In this document: piece by piece, positions 9,204-17,029 of the stretch
How positions within the stretch are numbered: position 1 is the stretch's first letter
Layout of the letters: each line of letters starts with the position of its first letter
From: Escherichia phage LPEK22
Length of the DNA stretch: 64,000 nucleotides
Sequence record: OK283619.1
Direction: 5' to 3' (one strand)
Translations under genes and position numbers: made by a program
The notes under the pieces: model-generated
The model's input: the letters and a program-made list of their open reading frames with translations, nothing else
The model's database searches: none
Told to the model about the DNA's origin: nothing

Positions 9204-9668
9204 ATGGCGCGTAATACGCTGGACATCTTAAAACTTTCAGCTGTCAACGATGAGGCCAGCATTGTTGACTGTATGGTTGAAGTTCAATTGAACCAAGACA
9301 AACCAGGGATTTTCCTGGGTATCAAGGAAACGCTGAGTCGGATAGGGGTTAACACTCGTCAAGAGCCTAACACCTTGTATCAAACGTGCCATATTCTGCA
9401 TAAATTTGGCAGATATCACATCGTGCATTTCAAGCATCTTTTCATGCTAGATGGGCACTACAACGGCTTTACGCGTGAAGATGTCCTGCGTATGAATCGG
9501 ATTATACGGCTTCTGGAGCAATGGAATATGGTTAAGATCTTGCATCCGGAACAAATAACCGAAGTGGCTGACATGTCTCGGATCAAAGTTGTAAAACATG
9601 ACCAAGTTTCTGAGTGGAAACTGGTTCCAAAATACACCATTCGCCCAAGTCGGGCAAAAAGCGAATAA
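9204..9668 (+). CDS. regA: RegA translational repressor of early genes
   Basis: KETLSRIGV...LYQTCHILHKFGRYHIVHFK...EWKLVPKYTI closely matches T4 RegA; 154 aa vs 122 aa in T4. Confidence 0.9.
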   Translation: MARNTLDILKLSAVNDEASIVDCMVEVQLNQDKPGIFLGIKETLSRIGVNTRQEPNTLYQTCHILHKFGRYHIVHFKHLFMLDGHYNGFTREDVLRMNRIIRLLEQWNMVKILHPEQITEVADMSRIKVVKHDQVSEWKLVPKYTIRPSRAKSE

Positions 9669-9684
9669 CTGGAGTCGCTATATT

Positions 9685-10548
9685 ATGACAACTACATTTA
9701 ATAAAAACGTGAGATTGAATTTGGCTTTTGGTAATGCGGCTGGAGATATTACAGCCCCTGACTTCGGTAAAATTCGCAATCAGGCCAAACTGGTTCTGGA
9801 AGAGACCCGCGAATTACTGGAAGCGGCTTATTTCGATCATGACATCAAACTTGAGCTGGTGGCAACTCCAAAAGAAGACACCGATGATGTTGATATGGAT
9901 AAAATCCTGAAAGCCATCATGGACGCTCAGGGTGATATCACAACTGTTAATGACGGCGTGGCCCATATCGCTGGTTTTAATGGTGATGAATGTTTACAAC
10001 GCGTGTTTGCCTCTAACATGAGCAAATTTATTCGCTCAGAAGATGAAGTCGGTCCGGCACTGGAATATTATTATTCACGCGGTTTCCCAGATGGCCAGTT
10101 ACGCGTTGAAGGTGAATTCCCTCAGGCATGCATCAAAGTGAATGAGACTGTGATGTGGAATGGCAAAGAATATCCGAAAGGAAAATTCCTGAAAAACATG
10201 GCTGTGTTCAAAGAGCCTGATTTCTCTGATATGCTGACGAATACCCCTTCCCGTCAGATCAATGACATCGTTGCCAGCATGGCAATTGAAGAAGGTCAGG
10301 TATTTGTTGATGATATGAACGGCGTGGCGTTGGTATCTCCAAAAACGTTGGAAGTAATTCTTTCTATGGCAGTTGAAAAATCTTCTCGACCCGTAGATGT
10401 TAACGGCCAAATTGAAAGTTATGTGCCAGCGTATATCATTAACGATACCAATATGCCTAAGCTGTGTGGGGTGTGGGGTGCTAATGTTCGTGTATACGCG
10501 TGCGCACCTGTTCAAAACACTGTGACACACCTCTCTCGCTTCGATTAA
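9685..10548 (+). CDS. hypothetical protein (288 aa)
   Basis: Occupies the position where T4 has DNA polymerase; start moved to ATG after regA stop; no motif recognised. Confidence 0.5.
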   Translation: MTTTFNKNVRLNLAFGNAAGDITAPDFGKIRNQAKLVLEETRELLEAAYFDHDIKLELVATPKEDTDDVDMDKILKAIMDAQGDITTVNDGVAHIAGFNGDECLQRVFASNMSKFIRSEDEVGPALEYYYSRGFPDGQLRVEGEFPQACIKVNETVMWNGKEYPKGKFLKNMAVFKEPDFSDMLTNTPSRQINDIVASMAIEEGQVFVDDMNGVALVSPKTLEVILSMAVEKSSRPVDVNGQIESYVPAYIINDTNMPKLCGVWGANVRVYACAPVQNTVTHLSRFD

Positions 10549-10572
10549 TATAATCCGTTATTCACTAAACAA

Positions 10573-10600
10573 CAGAGGCTATAATGGCCTCTGTTTTTGT
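10573..10600 (+). terminator. rho-independent terminator
   Basis: ACAGAGGC...GCCTCTGT hairpin followed by TTTTGT. Confidence 0.6.
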
Positions 10601-10617
10601 ATTCTAGAGAGGATACC

Positions 10618-11823
10618 ATGAAAGATAAACCACATGACATCCCATATTGCGGTGTCCGTGAAACCAAAATCAAATCAGCCCATCCTATGTTAAGTTCATT
10701 CCACCGCCAGCTGGCATATGAATGGATGAGGGATCGTTATGCGATACATGTCAAGAAGGACGTGCAATGCCTTCCAGCGCCATGGACGGATAATCCGGTA
10801 TTACGCCAAGTCAAGTTTTGTAACGTGCGGAGAGAGCACGATAGGCAGTCTCGAAATTTGATCAATAATATCATCCTCGATCAGGATCTCACGCTATCTG
10901 ACAAAATGTTCAACTGTGTATTGTTCCGCATGTACAACATGTGGGAACCTATACAGGCTTTGGGTGGTCCATGGACGATCGAAGAATTCGGAAACATAAA
11001 TCTTGAATGGTGTCGAGATGTTCTTCAGGAATTCGAATCTAAAGGTGGCAAAGTTTTCACCAATGCGTTTAATACAGGCGGTCTGAAACAATGCCTGGCT
11101 TTCCCTGAACTAGTTGTCAACCACAAGGAGCAACGCTTTGGCGGCATGAAGGTAAAAGTCCATCGGGTTGGCGGTGTTATAGATGAAATGGATTACAAGG
11201 TTGCCAAGAAGCTGGCCGAAGATAATCCTGGTGAATACAAAATAGAAGGCTGGGAACCATACATGCCGATGCGAGTCATCCGCTCTTTGAAGGCATTCGT
11301 CAACAAACACCCTCATTACTTTGATCGCCTCAGGGAATTTAGCCGTCCCGACTCTGTTTACCAGGCGATGTATGACGACATTGAGGGGCTTGGACCATTC
11401 TTGGCATACCAGATTTGGGTTGATTTTACATACATCGATGAATATCCATTCAGTGAAAACCACTTCACTATCGCTGGTCCAGGTTGCCGTGCTGGTATCG
11501 ATCTGTTATTTTTGGACAAGGACGGCATGACGCATGAAGAATGCATATTCTGGGTTCGTGATCATCAAGATCAATTGTTCGCTCAGTACGGGTATAAACG
11601 TAATGAATTTTGGTCGGCAGAAGAACCGGAAGACCGTTGCATGAATGTTATGCAGTTGGAGAACATGTTCTGTGAACTTCAGAAATATACCCGCTGCGTT
11701 GAGGCGGTGATGCGCGGGGAGAAACCTCGAGGAAAGGTGGGGTATAATGGTGGTGAAGTTAATCAGCCATTACAGAAGACTCCCGTTCGTTCTATTAATC
11801 TGTTAGAGAAGATGAAAAAATGA
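10618..11823 (+). CDS. hypothetical protein (401 aa)
   Basis: Strong RBS AGAGAGGA, preceded by terminator 10573-10600; Trp/Tyr-rich; no motif recognised. Confidence 0.55.
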   Translation: MKDKPHDIPYCGVRETKIKSAHPMLSSFHRQLAYEWMRDRYAIHVKKDVQCLPAPWTDNPVLRQVKFCNVRREHDRQSRNLINNIILDQDLTLSDKMFNCVLFRMYNMWEPIQALGGPWTIEEFGNINLEWCRDVLQEFESKGGKVFTNAFNTGGLKQCLAFPELVVNHKEQRFGGMKVKVHRVGGVIDEMDYKVAKKLAEDNPGEYKIEGWEPYMPMRVIRSLKAFVNKHPHYFDRLREFSRPDSVYQAMYDDIEGLGPFLAYQIWVDFTYIDEYPFSENHFTIAGPGCRAGIDLLFLDKDGMTHEECIFWVRDHQDQLFAQYGYKRNEFWSAEEPEDRCMNVMQLENMFCELQKYTRCVEAVMRGEKPRGKVGYNGGEVNQPLQKTPVRSINLLEKMKK

Positions 11824-12227
11824 AACCCGTAAAACATCATCGTTCATGGAAAGTATGCCCAGCGTGTTCAAGTCGGGCGACAAAATTGTTCAACATGAAT
11901 ACTGGGAAATATGAATGTCAAGTCTGTCGGCATCATTATGATGATCCAAAATGTCGATCTTTGGTCGACAAAATTTATAAATTTATCATTTTGTTGGGTA
12001 ATTGCGAGCAATATCAATATACCGTGTATGGTGATAGTTTAAGCCAGATCGATAAACATCTTTTGAAATTGATTTCGAAATACGATAAAGAAAGCAAGCG
12101 CCCTGTGCGCGTTGTGAGTACTCCAAAGGGTTATCCAAAGGGAACAAGATCAGTTACGGTTGTTGGTTACACCAGTTATGACGGGAAACGGTTCAGAAGT
12201 ATTCGAGTAAACATGATTCCCGTTTAA
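11820..12227 (+). CDS. zinc-ribbon protein (135 aa)
   Basis: CPAC...CQVC pair near N-terminus; ATGA start/stop overlap with upstream gene. Confidence 0.5.
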   Translation: MKPVKHHRSWKVCPACSSRATKLFNMNTGKYECQVCRHHYDDPKCRSLVDKIYKFIILLGNCEQYQYTVYGDSLSQIDKHLLKLISKYDKESKRPVRVVSTPKGYPKGTRSVTVVGYTSYDGKRFRSIRVNMIPV

Positions 12228-12228
12228 A

Positions 12229-12257
12229 CTTTTCAATAAATCTTTTCAGCGTATATT
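12229..12257 (+). promoter_or_regulatory. early-promoter-like element: -35 CTTTTC, 17 bp, -10 TATATT
   Basis: Preceded by TTCAATAA motif; followed by leader hairpin and conserved initiation motif before ATG 12324. Confidence 0.4.
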
Positions 12258-12323
12258 GACCTCACTTTAACGACGCGCCCCGATAAGGGCGCTCACTTTG
12301 AACTGAAACAGGAAGACTATACC

Positions 12324-14342
12324 ATGGCAGAATTCAAACCCTTCGCAACGGCAGTTAATAACAACGTGCTGGCGATGTCCGCAACTGGTCTGTTCATGAC
12401 CAATATCGATAAAGATGCTCTTTGGGATCTGTATCTGGCATCTTTCCCTGCTGGTACTAACCCGCTGTACCGCGAACGTACTGAACACGATTGCACCTGC
12501 TGTAAACAATTCATCCGTAACATCGGCGGTGTTGTCACCATCGATTCAGAACTGAACGTAATTTCTATCTGGGACAACATTGATCTGGGTAATGAATATG
12601 ACGTGGTGGCTGCGGCTCTTTCCGCGTATGTCAAACAACACGCAATCGTCGATGTTTATTTTAACGATTCTGCCAAAGTCGGCCTGTCTCACAATCACGA
12701 ATCTGGTGAAGATGGCAAAATCCGTACTTACAATCATTTCCATACCCAATTACTTGGTAGCTATGTTCTGCGTCCGGACGCAATCGCTTCGAAAAAAGGT
12801 GAAATCCGCCAGGCTATTGAATTGTTTGAACGCGGTCTGCGTGAAATTACTCTGGAATCAGCTGAAATCGTTCTGGAACTGATTGACCAGAATTCTCTGT
12901 ATCGCGGCGCAGAACACAAAGCAGCAGTGAAGGGATTTGTTGAAACCAAAAAGGCATATGAACAAGTCCCCGAATCAGCCCGTTCTCTTTGGGCATGGCA
13001 TACTGGATACCGTTCAAACAATCATGTTCCACACGGCATCCGCAACACAGTTATCGGCACTCTGCTGACAGATATCAGCGAAGGCGTGGAACTGGAAAAG
13101 GCTGTTAAATCGTTTGAATCCAAAGTTGCTCCGGCGAACTACAAACGTCCGACAGCGCTGGTTTCAAAATCCATGATCGAAAACGCTCAGAAAGAAGTTA
13201 TTGCTCTGGGTTTGGAAGACTCACTGGCGCGTCGTTATGCGGTTTACGATGATCTGACAATCAACAACGTTCTGTTCGCAGATCTGGCCGCTCAGAAAGC
13301 GATGGATCCGTTTGCACAGCTGGCCGCCGAAGTGAAAACTCCGACCAAATCCCTGGAAAAAGTTGAAGAGATCAGCGTTGATGATTTCCTGAGCAATGTT
13401 CTGCCAAAAGCGCATTCAATGGAAGTGCTTGTAGAGAATTCTCATACTAGCAACCTGATGTCCCTGGTTGCTCCGGCGAACCCAGATGCGCCTAACCTGT
13501 TCAAGTGGAACAACGGTTTCTCCTGGTCTTACAACGGTGAAGTGACCGATTCCATTAAAGAACGTGTAAAGGCTGCTGGTGGTAAAGTTGACGGGTATCT
13601 GCGCGTTTCCTTGGCGTGGCACAACAACGACGACCTCGATCTGCATATGTTCAACAACATGGAGCACGTTTACTTCCGTGATCGCCGCTCTATGACAGGT
13701 GCCCATCTGGATATCGATATGAACGGTATGGATGGTATTGATCCAAACCGCGCTCCGGTGGAAAATATCATCTTTACAGATGAAAGCAAGCTGCGCGATG
13801 GTGAATACCGTTTCGAAATCCACAACTACAATCAACGTGAAAAAATCGACGAAGGGTTTGAAGTCGAAGTAGAATACAAAGGCGCAACGCATCGTTTCAG
13901 CCATCCTGGCCTGAAAGATCAGGGGCGTATCACTGCAGTCATCCTGACTGTTAAAGACAAACAAGTTGTTGGCATTAAGTCCGAACTGGCTAATGTTGAT
14001 AAGTCTAAAGAAGTTTGGGGTATCAAGACCGCGACCTTCCAGAAAGTACAGCTGGTTCTGAATTCACCAAACCATTGGGATGGGGAGCAAACTGGTAACA
14101 AGCATGTGTTCTTCATTCTTGAAGGCTGTGCTAATCCTGAAGGTACTCGTGGTTTCTACAACGAATATCTGAAGCCGGAACTGGATAAACATCGTAAGGT
14201 TTTTGAAATGTTGGGTAGTAAAATGAAAGTCCAGCCGAATGAAAACCAACTGTCCGGTCTGGGATTCTCGACGACGCAACGCAACCACGTGTTCGTCAAA
14301 GTGTCCGGCGCGTTTAACCGTACTGTAAAAGTCATTTTCTAA
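12324..14342 (+). CDS. large hypothetical protein (672 aa)
   Basis: Long ORF with early-promoter-like element and conserved initiation motif upstream; no Walker A; function unknown. Confidence 0.6.
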   Translation: MAEFKPFATAVNNNVLAMSATGLFMTNIDKDALWDLYLASFPAGTNPLYRERTEHDCTCCKQFIRNIGGVVTIDSELNVISIWDNIDLGNEYDVVAAALSAYVKQHAIVDVYFNDSAKVGLSHNHESGEDGKIRTYNHFHTQLLGSYVLRPDAIASKKGEIRQAIELFERGLREITLESAEIVLELIDQNSLYRGAEHKAAVKGFVETKKAYEQVPESARSLWAWHTGYRSNNHVPHGIRNTVIGTLLTDISEGVELEKAVKSFESKVAPANYKRPTALVSKSMIENAQKEVIALGLEDSLARRYAVYDDLTINNVLFADLAAQKAMDPFAQLAAEVKTPTKSLEKVEEISVDDFLSNVLPKAHSMEVLVENSHTSNLMSLVAPANPDAPNLFKWNNGFSWSYNGEVTDSIKERVKAAGGKVDGYLRVSLAWHNNDDLDLHMFNNMEHVYFRDRRSMTGAHLDIDMNGMDGIDPNRAPVENIIFTDESKLRDGEYRFEIHNYNQREKIDEGFEVEVEYKGATHRFSHPGLKDQGRITAVILTVKDKQVVGIKSELANVDKSKEVWGIKTATFQKVQLVLNSPNHWDGEQTGNKHVFFILEGCANPEGTRGFYNEYLKPELDKHRKVFEMLGSKMKVQPNENQLSGLGFSTTQRNHVFVKVSGAFNRTVKVIF

Positions 14343-14379
14343 TTGATTTGACCACAAATTCGTAATAAGGAACAATGAA

Positions 14380-14751
14380 ATGTTTGATCAAGCAACCCGT
14401 TTAAAACTGCGTTTCAACTCTAACAAAGGTCTGCTGTCTGTTGAGCAGGTTTGGGATCTGAACCTGAATGCCCTAAACGAACTGGCGAAAGACCTCAGCC
14501 GTCAGGTGAAGGAAGCCGCCAGCGATGAAGAAGATTTCATCGGCGTGAAAAGCGCAGTCGACTCTCAGTTACAACTGCGTTTCGATATCGTGAAAGCGAT
14601 CATCGGTGTCAAACTGAAAGAACGTGACGAAAGCGCAACCGCCGCCGAACGTAAAGCGAACAACCAGGTTATTCTGGAACTGATCCAGCGTAAGAAACAG
14701 CAGGAGCTTGAAGGTAAATCTGTTGAAGAACTGGAAGCGCTGTTGAAATAA
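14380..14751 (+). CDS. hypothetical coiled-coil protein (123 aa)
   Basis: ORF with RBS AAGGAA; followed by terminator 14773-14799. Confidence 0.5.
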   Translation: MFDQATRLKLRFNSNKGLLSVEQVWDLNLNALNELAKDLSRQVKEAASDEEDFIGVKSAVDSQLQLRFDIVKAIIGVKLKERDESATAAERKANNQVILELIQRKKQQELEGKSVEELEALLK

Positions 14752-14772
14752 TCTGTCGGCTCCGGCCTGAGC

Positions 14773-14799
14773 AACCCCGCCTTGTGCGGGGTTTCTTTT
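14773..14799 (+). terminator. rho-independent terminator
   Basis: AACCCCGC-CTTGT-GCGGGGTT hairpin followed by TCTTTT. Confidence 0.65.
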
Positions 14800-14810
14800 G
14801 GAGAAATATT

Positions 14811-15047
14811 ATGAAACAAATTACTAAGACAGTACAAATCACCCAATATCAAACGGATGACGGCAGAGTGTTCGATACTCTTGGTCAGGCCGAACATTAT
14901 GAGAAGATGAAGTCCGGTATTCGCAAGGTATGCCCTTCTTGTGATGGCAAAGGTCGCGACTCTCCGTCTGGCGACGGGCGTGATATGACGACTTGTCATT
15001 ATTGTGGTGGTAAAGGCTGGGTAGAAAAGAAAGAGATATGGGGTTAA
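14811..15047 (+). CDS. DnaJ-type zinc-finger protein (78 aa)
   Basis: Two CxxCxGxG repeats (CPSCDGKG, CHYCGGKG); RBS GGAG. Confidence 0.5.
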   Translation: MKQITKTVQITQYQTDDGRVFDTLGQAEHYEKMKSGIRKVCPSCDGKGRDSPSGDGRDMTTCHYCGGKGWVEKKEIWG

Positions 15048-15457
15048 TGAAACCTGTCATCTGTGATTACTGCGGCCTTCCTGCCAAATACGTCGGGGGT
15101 GATGTTGTATACCCCCACCGCCCTGAACTCCGCAATCTGAAGTTCTGGGTGTGCACTCCATGTGACGCCCGAGTCGGTTGCCATAAACATGGTGATGGAA
15201 AGACCCCTATGGGAAGGATGGCGAATGCCGCTCTCCGTGCTGCTAAGCAGGAAGCTCATAGGTCGTTTGACCCTATCTGGAAAAGTGGGCAGAGGAGCAG
15301 GAGTGATGCTTACAGCTGGCTGGCTCATAATCTGGGGATCAAGAAGCGCGATTGCCATATCGGCTTGTTCGATATCGACACGTGCCGTAAAGTAATATCT
15401 GTGTGTGACCAACTAGAGGTGTCAAACGATGTCAAAGGAAATACAAGAATCTTTTGA
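15047..15457 (+). CDS. zinc-finger protein (136 aa)
   Basis: CDYCG...CTPCDARVGCHKH cysteine cluster; TAATG overlap with upstream gene. Confidence 0.5.
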   Translation: MKPVICDYCGLPAKYVGGDVVYPHRPELRNLKFWVCTPCDARVGCHKHGDGKTPMGRMANAALRAAKQEAHRSFDPIWKSGQRSRSDAYSWLAHNLGIKKRDCHIGLFDIDTCRKVISVCDQLEVSNDVKGNTRIF

Positions 15458-15680
15458 AAAGTTATCTCAGGTAATGACCGATTGCAACCGCCGAAATTAT
15501 TGCGATGAAGCGTATACGCAATTGAAAACCGTCGTCGAATCTGAGTTGAATAACCTTTCAACTTTTAAAGATATTCAGACCGAAGTGCTATATCTGTCGG
15601 ATGAAGATTTAAGGCGTTGTCCCCGCAAGATTTACCAATTACTGGATCGTTTGGTGAAAGTGGGGGTGGATAATGGGTAA
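15429..15680 (+). CDS. hypothetical protein (83 aa)
   Basis: ORF with RBS GAGGTG. Confidence 0.4.
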   Translation: MSKEIQESFEKLSQVMTDCNRRNYCDEAYTQLKTVVESELNNLSTFKDIQTEVLYLSDEDLRRCPRKIYQLLDRLVKVGVDNG

Positions 15681-16398
15681 TCGTGAAGGGATTAAACTCA
15701 CTCCAGAACTTCTAAAGTCCCACATCGCCGAAGTGATTTATGAAGACCGTGAAGTCGGTGGTCATCGTGTCATTACATGCCACTTCAAGATGGACAATGG
15801 CTTCGTCGTCTGGGGGAAGAATAGTTCAACTTCTATCGACCCAGCCAACTTTGATGAAGAGTTGGGTAAGAAACTGGCCTATGAAAAGACCTTCTCCCAG
15901 CTGTGGGAACTGGAAGCATATCGCGCGATGGTAGAAAAGCAGATCATCGATGTGTCCGTCAAAGATGCTAAGATCAACATTGATGAATATGTGTCAGAAA
16001 GGGAAGCGATACATGAGATGGGTGGTTCTGAATTCCTTAAGGGTAAAGGACAATCTGTCGTGTTTCGTCATCCCAAGGATCCAAGTCGGGGATTTCGAGT
16101 TGAATTTGTTCGCACCGATAACGAACGTTATAACGAACGACGTAATGGTGAAGCAAGATCTTTGGTGGAAGCGTATCTTCGCTCGTTCATGACTTCTGAA
16201 GAACTAAATTCTGAACTTGTTTTGCGTTTGGCGAAAACGTGTAATGCTGCTTCAGGGGATTATCCGTGGTGTGACCTGTCAGAAGACAAACGCCAAGCAG
16301 CTTGTGATCGTGTTAAGAAATTCTTGTTAGATCCGAAAGCCGAACCTGATGATTCCGTGGGGGCGCTGTATAGAGCCATCGTGGTGTCATACTTGTGA
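15673..16398 (+). CDS. hypothetical protein (241 aa)
   Basis: ORF overlapping upstream stop; N-terminal CHFKMDNGFVVWGK region recalls a phage Gp49-like domain (weak). Confidence 0.5.
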   Translation: MGNREGIKLTPELLKSHIAEVIYEDREVGGHRVITCHFKMDNGFVVWGKNSSTSIDPANFDEELGKKLAYEKTFSQLWELEAYRAMVEKQIIDVSVKDAKINIDEYVSEREAIHEMGGSEFLKGKGQSVVFRHPKDPSRGFRVEFVRTDNERYNERRNGEARSLVEAYLRSFMTSEELNSELVLRLAKTCNAASGDYPWCDLSEDKRQAACDRVKKFLLDPKAEPDDSVGALYRAIVVSYL

Positions 16399-16497
16399 TT
16401 TTCAAAAGTCTTTCAAAATCAATAACGTCCGGCAAATTGCTGGGCGTTTCAATTAACAAGCCAAGGTATAATGGTCTAATTGTAAAGCGAGGAAATC

Positions 16498-16857
16498 ATG
16501 TCCGTAAAAATGAAAGGTGTTGAATTCAACGCCTACTATAACGATGACGAATATTGGGAAAAGGGTGCTTGGCACGATGATCATTGCGTCAAAGTTAATG
16601 GAGAATACCGTGAAGAACTCGATGAAAATATTCCAGACGATGCTGATGTCGTAATTGAGTCAGGCACAGTTTATATCCCTGTAGCTGGAGAAAGTGGTGC
16701 TGAAGAGAAAGATATCCAGTTGGTCACTCATTTCAAGAATTGGCGTAAGAAAAAGAACTTTTCTTTCATTGTTGTGATTGTAAAGAAAGATAAGGCGTCG
16801 GAAGTCCGTGAAGCCCTGAAGAATATTTCTGGTGTCATGGAAGTGAAAGGGAATTGA
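16498..16857 (+). CDS. hypothetical acidic protein (119 aa)
   Basis: ORF with RBS GAGGAA. Confidence 0.45.
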   Translation: MSVKMKGVEFNAYYNDDEYWEKGAWHDDHCVKVNGEYREELDENIPDDADVVIESGTVYIPVAGESGAEEKDIQLVTHFKNWRKKKNFSFIVVIVKKDKASEVREALKNISGVMEVKGN

Positions 16858-16858
16858 T

Positions 16859-17029
16859 ATGACCAAACCATTTTTGCGTTCAGGAGTTGACTCTCTTGAC
16901 TCACAGTTTAAACCCAGCGAAGTTTTAATCCAACAGATTGAAACTAATCGCGAATTCATAGAACACATGCTGGCGAAGCCGGAAGGTGAAGCCGTCCATA
17001 CCACTAAAGAAGGTAATAACGATGATTGA
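16859..17029 (+). CDS. small ORF (56 aa), below ORF-track size cutoff
   Basis: ATG 2 nt after upstream stop with RBS AAAGGGAA; stop overlaps the vWA gene start. Confidence 0.3.
   Translation: MTKPFLRSGVDSLDSQFKPSEVLIQQIETNREFIEHMLAKPEGEAVHTTKEGNNDD

Noticed and set aside
13416-13964. 182-aa minus-strand ORF and other minus-strand ORFs inside 12324-14342
   Set aside because: Antisense to the long 672-aa + strand ORF; no independent signals.
12324-14342. KVDGY motif resembling the KxDG nucleotidyltransferase motif of ligases
   Set aside because: Motif lies about two-thirds into the protein with no flanking ligase motifs and one-residue-off spacing to the Arg; too weak to call a ligase.
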